Source of the DNA: Octopus sinensis
Lineage: Eukaryota
Direction: 5' to 3'
Assembly: GCF_006345805.1 (NCBI RefSeq)
Contig: NC_043012.1
Location: forward strand, 51,398,001 to 51,462,000
DNA: 64,000 nucleotides
Positions 39,890 through 53,149 of the stretch are shown in pieces. The position numbers and the translations under genes were made by a program. Within the stretch, counting starts at the first letter, position 1. Every line of letters starts with the position of its first letter. The notes below the pieces were generated by a model that had not been told where the DNA came from, did not search any database, and saw only the letters and a list, made by a program, of their open reading frames with translations.

Positions 39890-40080
39890 GGCAAGCTGGC
39901 TAAATAGTTAGTACGGTGGGTAAAATGCATGGTGTCAATTCGTTCATCTTTAAGTTCTGAATTCAATTTCCGCCGAGGTCGATTTTGTACTTCATCTCTT
40001 TTGTGGTCGATAAAATATGTAGCAGCCGAACGCTGCAGTCGATGTATATGCAGGCCTTGTGCCAAAATTTGAAACCAATA
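39885..40080 (+). mobile_element. SINE family A
   Basis: GGCGGCAAGCTGGC ... TTCCGCCGAGGTCGA ... GGCCTTGTGCCAAAATTTGAAACC. Confidence 0.85.
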
Positions 40081-40123
40081 TAAGCTATATATAACATATA
40101 CACAATGTTAAAAGCATACTGAC

Positions 40124-40665
40124 GAACTTAGAAAACATTCTCTATGAGAGGTTTATACAAATGTTGACACAAAGCCAGTGATTTTAGGATAGGGGGAAGT
40201 CGATTACATCGGCCCCAGTGTACGACTTGTAGTTATTTTTTCGGCGTCATGACATGTGTGACAAGTCGACCTCGGCTGAATTTGAATGCAGAAGGTAAAG
40301 GCGAATGAAATGCTGCTAAGCATTGTACCGACCTGGTAAAGGTTTTACTAGCTCACCGTCCTCTGCACACACAGATATTGGTTTCGAATAAGTATATTGA
40401 GGAACTTAGAAAACATTCCTCGTGAGATGTTTCTATAAATTTTGACTCAAGGACAGCAATTTCAGAAAAGGAGGAATTCGATTACATTGATACCAGTGTA
40501 CTGCTGGTACTTATCTTATTGACACTAAGAGGGTGAATGGTAAAGGCGACCTCAGCGGAATTTGAACTCAGAAGATAAAACAAGACCAAATGCTAGTATG
40601 CTTTTTTTCCGTCATACTAACGGTTGTACCAGCTCACCATCTTGCGCTTATACAAATATTGTAAT
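40124..40665 (-). repeat. Old tandem duplication (period ~278) of a family A SINE plus flank
   Basis: GAACTTAGAAAACATTC at 40124 and 40402, each followed by a diverged minus-strand SINE. Confidence 0.75.
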
Positions 40666-41370
40666 ATATTTTTATGACATATATTCGCATTTAACTCATG
40701 ACAAGAAAAGCAAATTTGATATTATCTAAACATGGACTAGAACCCACGATATCGTCCCAATTACTAGGCTACACACAAACAAAATTTTCTGTGTGATTAC
40801 TGGGCATTGGTAAAGCGGCATCAAAATGACAGTTTTATTTCTTTATGTATGCGTATACATATATTTCTACAACTAGGTAGTTACAGAGGCAGAAATATGT
40901 GTCCCAATTCATGTCAATATATGTCGATATGAATTTGCAATTCATTTAAGATGCAGATAAAATATGTACCAGACAGAAATATCTATACCGTCCGATATAG
41001 ACAACAAATTCATTGTAAGGTACTTCACCCATGAGGGCGCATTTCTATGGCTGAATCAATTAAAAGAGGAAATCAAGAACAGAATATAAAATTTCTTGAT
41101 ATACTTTGATATAATTGTTAGCTTTGAATTCTGAAGATAAAATTTAGACTTAAATTCGGAAAAACAATCCCGTTTCTAAATGAAATTTCATGCAGCATAT
41201 CTTCAGAAATGAAATTTACCATATTAACTTTTATTATCGTGCACTGCGTCGATTAATTATTTGATGTTGAAGTTTGTGATTGTCTATGCATGGCGAGTAT
41301 GCGTATTTTTGTGCACACTTATATGTGTACTTATATGCGGCACACACTCACACACACACACACATACACC

Positions 41371-41425
<55 letters not shown>

Positions 41426-42043
41426 GTATATATATATATACCTATGTATTTATGATTATATTTGAGGAATATTAAGAGTGCAACTCTGTAGAGCTGTGTC
41501 TATGTGAGTTTAACATTCTTAGATGATTCAATAGTTCTCGCCCACCAATTCATGTTATGTCTCGCATAGTTCAAAGTTCAGACGAACGTTATCTCTTTCT
41601 AATCCAAGAACGATTCTATTTAATTAGAAGGTCTTCTGTTGTCAAAATGGCTAGGTCAACTGGAGCTAACTGCAAATTTTATGCTTATACTTTGATTATC
41701 TGAAATCAAAGCATTTTCAGGATTATATTATTAAAATCATCAAAATCTCAACAATGTACAGACTACGTTTTGCAGGGTTATAATACTTAGGTCCTTTATT
41801 GCGCAACTCTTTGATATATTCGATATTTTACTTTTGTAAACCTTTATGTAGAATATCAAAATAGATGTGTATGCCTACAAGTATATGTAGATACATACAT
41901 ACATACATACAGACAGACACGTATAAAAATACACACGCACGCACATACACACAAACACATATATGCATGTATACACGAATATACAGATTCCTGCGCCGCA
42001 ATCTATGTATTTATATATATATATATATATAATATATATATTA

Positions 42044-42156
42044 TATATACACACACACTTTGATACACATACAGTTACATACACACCCACACACCCACAC
42101 CACATACACATATATATGGATGTGTGTGTGTTGTGTCTGTTTCTAAATGTGTATCA

Positions 42157-42213
<57 letters not shown>

Positions 42214-42442
42214 AATAAATAGTTGCGGCGCGGTAATCTGTGTGTATAAAGGTATAGTCATATATGTACCTACACACACACATACGCACACACACACACA
42301 CACACAAAAACACACACCATAAATATATATATATACACACACACTTTGATACACATACAGTTACATACACACCCACACACCCACACCCACATACACATAT
42401 ATATGGATGTGTGTGTGTGTGTCTGTTTCTAAATGTGTATCA

Positions 42443-42488
<46 letters not shown>

Positions 42489-42620
42489 ATTAAATAAATA
42501 GTTGCGGCGCGGTAATCTGTGTGTATAAATGTATAGTCATATATGTACCTACACACACACATACGCACACACACACACACACACAAAAACACACACACAT
42601 AAATATATATATATACACAT
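42044..42620. repeat. Tandem duplication (period ~286) of a microsatellite-rich block
   Basis: ACTTTGATACACATACAGTTAC, GTCTGTTTCTAAATGTGTATCAATG and TTGCGGCGCGGTAATCTG each occur twice. Confidence 0.9.
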
Positions 42621-43517
42621 ATATAAAACTGTTATATATTAAACGTGCTGAAATGAAAATATAAAAAAGGAACGATTGCCTTTGCCATTGGCAACTGACC
42701 TACGACCTTTTGACATTGCGTCAGAAAACGAGATGATGAAATTACGAAAATGATATAATAATTAATCAAAATCGAGTTAGCGATGAAGAGATGTAGAAAA
42801 GTTAATAAGAATTCGGATTGCTCAGACATAAAATATGTACTTTAATTATTTTCATGAATGTAACAATTGCCAAAGGCTAATTAAATAACTTCTAAACCTA
42901 GCTGAGGACAGCATTTTAATTTTCATATTTCCTCCAAACTTCGTGCATAAATAATTAGGATCTGAAATTAAATTTATCGCATTTTCTCATAAACACAGCA
43001 ATAGTTAGTTTGAAATTTAAACGTTTAAAGCATCATGGATGTAAATAGCCTTACCAAGCAGGTCCACTTTCCAGCTATAGACGTGTAAAGGCGCACACGC
43101 CTTCGTTCCTATCAAGGCATCCATGCACTCACACACACACACACACACACACATTCACAGATACGTGACAAGCACACACATAGACTCACGAGTGTATATA
43201 TTTTCTACACCCAAACGCGCACACTGAAACAGACATATATATTTATTTATATATATTATTTACATTCATTATTTATTTTATGTGATTCAGCTCTAACACT
43301 GCGGCTATGCTGGTGCATATATATATATATATGTGTGTATATATGCATATATATATATATATGTACGTATGCGTGTGTGCTAGTTCTAGTGCATATATAT
43401 ATATATCTATATATATATATATAATTGATAACATATACATATATATACATATATAGATATATACACACACACAACACACACACACACAACACACACATAT
43501 ATATATAATATATATAT

Positions 43518-43555
<38 letters not shown>

Positions 43556-44132
43556 AGTGAGAGAGAGAGGGAGAAATGTATACATAAATATAGAGGGAGA
43601 GAGAGATAGTCAGATACACAATGCAATAAATTTTCGTCACTTTCAGCAATCGGTAACGAGTATTTATTTATTCGCTCAGCTGAACACCTGTCCATTGAAT
43701 TAACGAATATGTGACCGAGCATGCAAGTTGCGTTTCTCTTTAGCCTCGGGTAGAACAAAGGCGACCAAATATGTCACAAGGAGGGACCTTTGAATTACAC
43801 GTATCAATACAATCCTTTCAGAATCTTATGTACAGATCACGTCTTCATAATTTCAGGGATAATGCTTGTGTCAAACTGAGTATATGATGAAAGAGATTTG
43901 CCTTCAATTCTGGACATTAATTGACCTGGAGCTCGTATGACTGAGGAGAGAATTTCTTGTCATTATTCATTCAAAATTTCATCTAATATGTATAAAAATA
44001 TTTATATACATCATCACATGCAACCACTCCTATACAGATTAAAATCAAACACATATATGGATAGACAGACAGATTGAAATAAATATAAATATACAGATAA
44101 AATTTGGATAGACGCACAGGTAGAAATTGGGT

Positions 44133-44178
<46 letters not shown>

Positions 44179-44822
44179 ATATATATATATATATATATAA
44201 GTGAAGAAGTGTATTGTAAATTCACAAATCAGAAACAAAAATGTATAGTATATACTGAGTACACGAACGGGTGGAAGGCAATCTCAGAAGGTCACCATCA
44301 ATGGTGTGAAACTGAGTAATACTATCTGGTGGAGAATGAAGAAGTAAGGACCTTGTGTCTGTGTTCCGTCTGTTCGTGTACCCACGATACGCTTTTAATT
44401 TGTCGTTTTTGCATTTACAATAGATTGTTTTTTTTTCATTTATTAACTAACAGAAAGCAACGCGCACTCGCTTTGATTTTATTTATTTTTTAATTTATAA
44501 AAACAAACTTACGCCACTATTAATTATTAATTATTACTTAATCTCTTCTGTAAATTCATTACCCCCTTCTTCACTCAAGGTTGTTTGGATTTTATATAAT
44601 ATAATATATGTTAATTTACACCTACAAACCGCCCAGCCGTTACAACACTTTATATTTCGAAAATAATTTACCTAATCAAATTCAAATGCTTATTCGTCAA
44701 ATTAAATTATATCAAATAATGTATTACATGTACCATCAGATTTTCTATCCTGGAAACAGCTGTAAGACCTATTTATAACTGTTCTAAAATCTTCACAGCC
44801 TTATTTTTTTTATATCATTCTG

Positions 44823-44877
<55 letters not shown>

Positions 44878-45029
44878 AGAGATAGATAGATAAATAGATG
44901 AACGGATGGATGCATGGAAGGATGGATGCATGGATAGCTACATAGATATATATTTATTTATTTATATATATACAGATATAAGATTCCTAAAACCAGTAAT
45001 TATGTTATTAAACATACTTTTTACAATAA

Positions 45030-45215
45030 GCACAAGGTTTGAAATTTTGGTATTGGGAGATCTATAAGTTTTACTCCGCTCTAGACCTCATGATGGACTT
45101 ATTTTATCGACTCCGAAAGAATGAAAGACAAAATTAATCTCAGAGGAAATTGAAATCAGAACATAATCCTGGGGAGAAATGCCAGTAAGCAATTTGTCCA
45201 GCGTTCTCAAGATTC
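45030..45215 (-). mobile_element. SINE family A, degenerate
   Basis: GCACAAGGTTTGAAATTTTGG ... TCGACTCCGAAAGAATGAAAGAC. Confidence 0.7.
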
Positions 45216-45681
45216 TCCCAGCGCTCTAAAGACTTGCTGACGTTAGTAATAATAATAGATTATAATACAGGCAAAATGCCAGGAATTTTTATGAAACATG
45301 TTAGTCGATTAAATCGACATAATGCTTGACTGATATTTTACTGTCTTAACCCCGGAAAGATTTAACACAAGCTTGATCTTCACTTGGGTTAAATCGATGA
45401 GTAGAATAAAAACCGAAAGACGTTTGTGTGAAGATTCTCTAGTCCATACACAAATACAAGCCCCTACACACTCATATACACGCATGCATATACATATAAA
45501 AATGCAATATTTTATATAACCAAAAGAAAACCCAGTTATAGCAATAAATTGCTTTCGGAATCACTATTCAAATTCATATAGACCCTTGTCTTCTTTATTG
45601 CATTACGTTTCTTTACTTTATATACACAATGATCCCTACACTCACACACATACTATATAACCTGATGTACAAGATGAGACA

Positions 45682-46543
45682 CTACGGAGGACTGGTAACC
45701 ATTACAATTTGTAGCGGCGAAAGGTCTGGACGTTGTTTTCTGAGGCTGACCAAAGAATTTTTATTTTTAGATATAAGTGATGTACTCAAGTGTAGTTATG
45801 TTTTTAGCTTGTGCTTTTTCCATGATCATATACGTGAGTATTTTATTTATATCCCATCGAAGTTCTACTGAAGAAGAATATATCTTTTTTTATAAGATTA
45901 AGTCCGAAATTGATTCAATATAGAGATAACGAAATTTAAAATTTCTAAAGGTTAGTTGCCCGTTTTCGGTTTCAATTTTCCTGTAACAAGCGGATTATAA
46001 GTGGATAAAACAGTGTATTTGGCTTTAGAATAACCCTCTTTAGCCCTTAATTATATGATGTATATTGCAACCGTAACGGTTTTTTTAAATATACTGCCCA
46101 CGCTTCCTGATGAATTTGCTGTAGAGTAAGGGACTTCATCCTATATTGCTTAGTAGTAAACTCGATGCTTGCTACAGGAGGACTGGTACCATTACAATTT
46201 GTAGCGGCGAAAGGTCTGGACGTTGTTTTCTGAGGCTGACCAAAGAATTTTTATGTTTAGATAAAGTGATGTACTCAAGTGTAGTTATGTTTTTAGCTTG
46301 TGCTTTTTCCATGATCATACGTGAGTATTTTATTTATATCCCATCGAAAGTTCTACTGAAGAAGGAATATATCTTTTTTTATAAGATTAAGTCCGAAATT
46401 GATTCAATATAGAGATAACGAAATTTAAATTTTCTAAAGGTTAGTTGCCCGTTTTCAGTTTCAATTTTCCTGTAAAAAGCGGATTATAAGTGGATAAAAC
46501 AGTGTATTTGGCTTTAGAATAACCCTCTTTACCCTTAATTATA

Positions 46544-46547
<4 letters not shown>
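45682..46547. repeat. ~378-bp direct duplication (45682-46059 and 46172-46547) with a 112-bp unique spacer
   Basis: Near-identical copies differing mostly by 1-bp indels. Confidence 0.95.
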
Positions 46548-46581
<34 letters not shown>

Positions 46582-47359
46582 TATATATATATGTATGTGG
46601 TGTGTGTGTATTTATATATGTATGTATAATATATATATTATATATAAATACATATATATATATGTGTGTATGTGTGTATTTGTATATACGTATCATATAT
46701 ATGTATAATATCTAGATGTATTGTATATATGTATTGTATATGTGCGTGTATGTGTGTGTATATATATATACACGCATAATTTGATACGTATATATTTCTC
46801 TTCTAATGTATGTATACATGTTAACGAACTATGCATTTCTCTCTCTTTCTCTCCTCTCTCTCCTCTCTCTATATATATATATATATATATGTATTTATAT
46901 ACATGTATATAATCATACATAAATGTACGTATATATAATTATAAATACACACGCTCACACACACATGTATGCATGTATATATAATATGTTAGTGTATCTC
47001 AGGCAACGCGACTGGATTAGTAAAATAACAGGTTAGCACCGTTCGTAGGAAAGAGAGGAAGATGAGAATAAACAATAAAACATAGTAAATTAAAACACAA
47101 CACGATACAATAAAGTAGGGAAATGAAAGAAGATAAAATAAAGTGAGGCAATACAGAAAACAATGGATGTAATAGGGTACCGTAATAGTTTGGTGGATAT
47201 AATATTTATTTTTTAAAGATCACGGATATAAAAGCCTTTAATTTTCGTGGATATGAATGTTTTAAAACTTTCAAAGGATTTTAAATCTTTTCAAAAGGAT
47301 TTATAGAAAAAGGCATAAAAGTAGACTGGTAGGTTGATGAATAGAGAGCGAGGGAGAAC

Positions 47360-47551
47360 CATCGATAGATAGATATGTATATATATGTAGATAGATGATA
47401 AGACAGACAGACAGGCAGAGAGAGAGAGAGACAGAGAGGGACAGACAAACAGACTGACTGACTGATAGATAGATAGATAGATAGATTACATAGATAGATT
47501 AAGAGATAGATAGATAGATAGATAGATAGAAAGAAGGAAAGAAAGAAAGAA

Positions 47552-47585
<34 letters not shown>

Positions 47586-47602
47586 TAGATATATATATAT
47601 AT

Positions 47603-47677
<75 letters not shown>

Positions 47678-47678
47678 T
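47360..47678. repeat. (GATA)n/(GACA)n/(TA)n compound microsatellite
   Basis: Direct reading. Confidence 0.95.
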
Positions 47679-47689
47679 TTCGATGAGTA

Positions 47690-48200
47690 AATAGGATAGA
47701 TATTTTGCCCTACATGTGGCGTGTGATCTGGAGTGAGTTCAGTGGCTTGGTGCTGTAGTTAATTTATTTAGTGCTTTGTAAATGAGAGTACTTCATCAGA
47801 CATTTAAATTCATATTTTCCGCTTTTTCTTGATGGTTGTTAGTTTTGCAGCATTTCAGGATTAAAGATCCTTGAAGCATTAGACATGTTTCCACGCTCCA
47901 TATTGTTAAGATGTCTCCTGGTCGCCTATGTATGCCGCCACGTAGAACAGGATCAGGTGTCACCACGTTGTATTTAGCTGGGCGCTGTCAGTTGCATTCG
48001 TTGTTTGGGCAGGACATTGGTTTAGGCAGCATGTGACCATTGTGTTGGTGTGTGCATGAAAACACGTTTAATGCTTTCAGGATCTAATAATTCTGATAAG
48101 GAGACCAAACATTTTCATGCCGATTTTTAACTTGTACTCCCCCATCACCCCGTAATAGGACACGTCCATGTAGATTCATTGTATTTTTCCTTCTTTTTAT
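47690..48200 (-). mobile_element. Penelope-like element fragment (GIY-YIG region and 3' end)
   Basis: Minus strand YNVV...AAYIG(E)TRRHLNN with a frameshift, LLDPESIKRVF upstream, CTGATGAAG near the 3' end. Confidence 0.55.
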
Positions 48201-48593
48201 TTGTTCTTTTTGTGAATGTTGCATCCCCTTTGGTGTTAAGGGTTCAAGTCCCTACGATGCCAACCCGGTCCTTGTTATTCCTGTCGCTGTTGTTATTTTC
48301 ATCGCTGTGGTTATTGTTCTTGCTGTTGCTATTGCCATGATTCGCCAACTAAGTCGTTCGCGGAGCTTGGTTCTACAACTAGGTGCCCTTGAGGTGCAGG
48401 CGGTTCAACGTCTAAGTTTACCAGATATGGGAACCTAATGCAACTAAGATATGCACACTCAGACACACACATACAATCATATAATTTTACACACACACAC
48501 GCGCGCATATATGTATGTATGTATGTATGTATGTATCTATGTATGTATGTATGTATATATATATATATATATTATATATATATATATAGATAG

Positions 48594-48624
<31 letters not shown>

Positions 48625-49099
48625 AATATAAGTGGGGACCACTATGAGGAAGCCCTTACGCTAGAAAGAGATCCGCATAGGTCTCAACCACTAAGAATTG
48701 TTCTCCAGAAACTTTAGCACACCAGAAACGTAAGCGATCAAGACAAATGGAAAATAACAAAAGTATAGATTAATCACAAACAATTGTTTCACTATTAATG
48801 AATTACGTAATTTTACTTACACAATTAATATCCCATTTTCAACTTCATTTTGATCATATATATATGAATATTTGCCAAGTCATCTCACAAGATACATCTG
48901 CACCAATGATGCATTAGAACTATTTGTGCAGCTGACCTACGGTGCATATATTATGTATCTTATTATTCAGTTTTAAATCAAGTTTTCTTGCCAATAGAGA
49001 AAGAGTCAACTGACAGCTATGTCTTCTTCATTGGAATTTCAACATCAACAACATGGTATTTTATCTTTGGTATGTATATGTGCAGATTTGTACGTTTTG

Positions 49100-49756
49100 T
49101 TTTAACTTGAATTCTCCTGCATAGAGCTGCATATCCTAGACAAGCTTTGATAAAATTCTGGAAAGTTTTACAGATTTTTATAGCCCCAAAGATGGATTGG
49201 ATTTGTAGTCTTCGAATTAATTAACTCCCTTCTGGTTTTGAGAAGCCTTATTTCTCAAGATTGGTATTTAGGCATTGTGTTACATATCGCAGGGCTCCAA
49301 TAAATACAGCTACAAACCTAAACTTGTAATATGGATAGATTAACTGCAGATTGTTCAATAGTTCAACGTAGGTATTATCTTTTTCACCGATCTTCAGCTT
49401 TATATTAACATCCACTGTGCAGCTAATTTCTACAACTCTACAGTGTCTCTTTATCCCAAATCATTATACCAGGTCTGTCGTGCTTACATTTTATTGAGGT
49501 TTTAATCCGGGACATTTCCCCTGTTTTTCTTTTATTATGAGTGGCTATGGCTTCTACCACGCTGTGATTTCTCACTTCTTTGACCTCAGTGTTAACCTTC
49601 CTACGGATTTTATTAAATGTGAAGTGTCGTACCTATAACTTCATGTCTCATCGGTAGATAATACCGTAATGACATTTTCGGACAACCGCTTGTGGTGATA
49701 TCTCCGGAGTTAACTCCCCAAAGTCTGCATCGGTTGTTACATTTTACCGCTTTTCC
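49100..49756 (-). mobile_element. R4/Dong-like RLE LINE C-terminal fragment, decayed
   Basis: CRLWGVNSGDITTSGCPKMSLRYYLPMRH (decayed CCHC), KCKHDRPGIMIWDK, ISCTVDVNIKLKIGEK, FIGALRYV, IKICKTFQNF. Confidence 0.8.
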
Positions 49757-49813
49757 TACATTCATATGTATGTATTTATAAGAAGGTTTGGAGATGATGT
49801 TCAGGTATTATAT

Positions 49814-50086
49814 ATTAGAAGAAATGAGGTACTCAGAAATCCGGATAGTTTTATATTTACAGATATTTACTTGTTTTTATACGTCATATGTCGTATATCA
49901 TATATTAGCTCTTTCGTCCATTGTACTGGAGTCTTCAAATTGAACTCAGTTTGAAGACTCGACTAGAATGGACGAAAGCGCTAATATATAATATATGATA
50001 TATGATGTATTAAAACATGCAACATACTAATAAATATCTGTTAATATAAATCAATCCGGATTTCTGAGTACCTCATTTCTTCTAAT
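49814..50086. mobile_element. 273-bp palindromic MITE
   Basis: Perfect 33-bp TIR ATTAGAAGAAATGAGGTACTCAGAAATCCGGAT plus inner perfect 11-bp stems (49912-49922/49967-49977; 49929-49939/49950-49960). Confidence 0.9.
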
Positions 50087-50974
50087 GTATGTATTTATAT
50101 ATGCATGTATATATGTACGTATGTATACACGTACATATCTATACAGAATGCTGTTTCCACATCCAATCAGTTACTGAAAATAGAGTAGTAGATTGGAAAT
50201 ACTTTTAGCTGCTGGATGAAGTGCTGATAGAAAAGAACAATCTTAGGAAGCACATAAGTGCAAAGAACAAGAACCTTAAACTCAAATCTGCAACATTTGA
50301 TTCAGCATTCATGTTTAAAATTATGAAAACTGCCTCATTAACCAAGGAAATAGAATATGATTTCCAAAGATCCAAAACAAAGTATCTCATATACTAGCGT
50401 GTGATAGAAATTGAGATATCACTGCAAATGACGCTAAATGCCCATGGAAGTCATAAAATGTGATCATGGATACCAAGTTAATCGAAAAAGATATGGCAGA
50501 TGCAGCTCTTGTTTGAAATATCAAAATTCGTGACGCACTTGATAACGAGTCCCTGTCTAACTTTTATGAGAATCCTTTGATAATTTAATTTAATATATTT
50601 TATACAGAAAATGCCATTCAAGAATATTATTAAAATGTGAGGAAGTCACCCGTTATCCGGAAGATAAAAATCCTGAAGATCGATTCAGTCTTCAAGCAAA
50701 TCGACCCATTCCTTTCCCAACTGTTATATGTAATGTTGATGACTCATCTACTAATCATTCACTCCATCCTCAGTAAACCTTAAACTTTCGAAGCGGTATG
50801 ATACAGTGGTTGTTGATTGTAGCTTATGTATGTATGACAAAAACCATGAATCGCACCGGAGAAACATCTAGAGGAATTTGAGCTCAGAACGAAAAGACGG
50901 GCGATATGCAACTAAGAACTCTGCCCGTTGTGCTAACGATTCTTTCATGCCATTGCTATATTCTAATGATTAAT

Positions 50975-51190
50975 ATTAATTTCAAATGTTGGCATAAGGC
51001 AAGGAATTTAGGTGGAAGGAGTAAGTCGATTGAATCGATCCTAGTGCTCAACTGGTATTTATTCTGTATACCCTAAAAAGCTGATGGGGAAGGTCGACCA
51101 ATGTGGAATTTGAAACCAGAAATAAAGACGGACTAAAGGCCGCTAAGCCTATTGCCCGGCGAGCTGATCGTCCAGCCAGCTTGGTGCCTT
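50975..51190 (-). mobile_element. SINE family A
   Basis: TTCAAATGTTGGCATAAGGC ... AAGGTCGACCAATGTGGAATTTGAAACCAGAA ... GCCGCTAAGC. Confidence 0.8.
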
Positions 51191-52836
51191 ATTCGAATGC
51201 ATAATATTAAGTTGTTATTACTACTAATCGCTCAGTTACATCTCATCACATCCAGATATTATCTACGACGGATTAGCAAAAAGAATATGTATTAATGTTT
51301 GTTTTCTCAAAAATGTTAAGCTTTGTTTTTTTTTTAAATATGTGTTAAGCTTGGCTTCTTTTTAATTATACATTGTGATATTAAATAAAATGAAACATAT
51401 ATTTATATATTGTATACTTTTATATAAGTTTTACTGTATATTCTGCAATTTCGCTATTGTTAATCAAAGCGTGCAATATATACATTTCCAATAAAAGACA
51501 CTTAGTAATACTTAACATTAGTTAACGCGGACAATCGGGTAAATGTAACACCCTCCCATCGTTTTTGTTTCGATTAAGATTCAAGTATTGTGCTCTCGCA
51601 TAATTGCAGTTTTCTCTATTTTGGTTTTTGCTTTTTCTGCCCATCATTCCCATTCGGCTGCAAACATTTAGTGAATAGCTGCACTAAATGCCTAGTTACA
51701 GCTTATAAAATATTACTCCTCCCTCGCATGTAATCTATTTTCAAATATATTTCAATCGTATTTTACAAATAAGTATGACACAAAAATAAAAATTTGATAT
51801 AATATGATCAGGCTGTACAAAAAGAAGAAAAATTTCTCGTTTCTATTTCATCCGTTTTATTTCTCTGATATTCAAAGTTAACTACTTAAGAACAAAGAAA
51901 TCATTGAGAAAAATTGATTTATAAATATGAAATAAAAATATATGATGGAAACCGCATGGAATAGAATTATAAAGTGCAGCTAGAAATAGAGTTATTTTAG
52001 AACTCTTAGATAGGTTAATGATGCTCCAATACAAATGATATAATTGTAAACTTTATGGTAAAGCAAATTGCAAATCGCAACTAAATACATGTGATTACAT
52101 GTGAAAGGTTTAAAATTAATTGATTTGTCTTGTCAGAATAACATCTCAAATAGACAAAATATAATTTACCTTCTCTCTAAATGTAGATTAATTCATATTA
52201 CATTGCCTAACTGTGCTCAAACAACTATTGCACGAAGCAATACCCTTTCTAGGTAAATCGAATCTACGCCATCCCTCACACCTACCTTTCTCTCTCAACT
52301 ATTACGTATAACTCTCTATGGCTTTTGTTCACTGTAATCACATTCTGTAATTTATGACTCCTCTTTTTAGCGTATTTATTCCCTCTCATCTATTGGTACG
52401 AATATTAGAAATGTGTCAAAGCTACAACTGAAGTTAAGTAATAAACTTTAGTGGATTTCAGGAATTCGAATTTAGGAATGGTCATGTTGCTAATTTAGCC
52501 AATAAGAATACATTAAGAATACAATACAATAAGAATACAAAATACGAAATGGCGAGATACACAAATAAGACAGAGGAAAGAGCAAAGGACCACTGATAAG
52601 ATCTCAGAAGTGAGACGAAATAACTCTGGCCGAAAAAAGATTAAGATTAATGTCAAAAAATTAATAAAGTTGAAGTAAAGTAGCACCAAATATATAGTGC
52701 GTGTGTTTTTATTGGCTAAATTGGCAACAAGACCATTCCTAAATACAACAATATATATATATATAGGATGCGGTGGGCATGAATGTATGTATGTAAGCAG
52801 GCATGTTTGTTGATGTTTAAGCGTTTGTGCACGTGT

Positions 52837-53149
52837 GTTGTTGTTTGTTCCTTCTCGAGCCATGCCTGGCTCATAAGGGCCGGTTTCCCGGTTTCTTGGC
52901 GTATAGGTTCCCTACCTGGACGGGACGCAGGTCCATCGCAGGTGAGCTGCAAGATTGAGAGCTGCAGGAAAGAGTGAGAGAAATTTGTGGCGAAAGTGTC
53001 AGCAGAAGTTTCGCCATTACCTTCTGCCGGAGCCGCGTGGAGCTTAGGTGCTTCGCTCATAAAGACACACATCGTCCGGTCTGAGATTCGAGCCTGTGAT
53101 CCCTCGACCGCGAGTCCGCTGCTCGAACCACTAGGCCATGTGCCTCCAC
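52837..53149 (-). mobile_element. tRNA-headed SINE family C, full length, with a V/Meta-like TGCGATGGACCTGCGTCCCGTCCAGG segment
   Basis: Reverse complement GTGGAGGCACATGGCCTAGTGGTTCGAGCAGCGGACTCGCGGTCG ... GCTCGAATCTCAGACC; AAC-rich tail. Confidence 0.85.

Noticed and set aside
52837-53149. Functional tRNA genes in SINE heads (also 14179, 14883, 62468)
   Set aside because: A/B-box-like motifs continue into SINE bodies and do not close a cloverleaf
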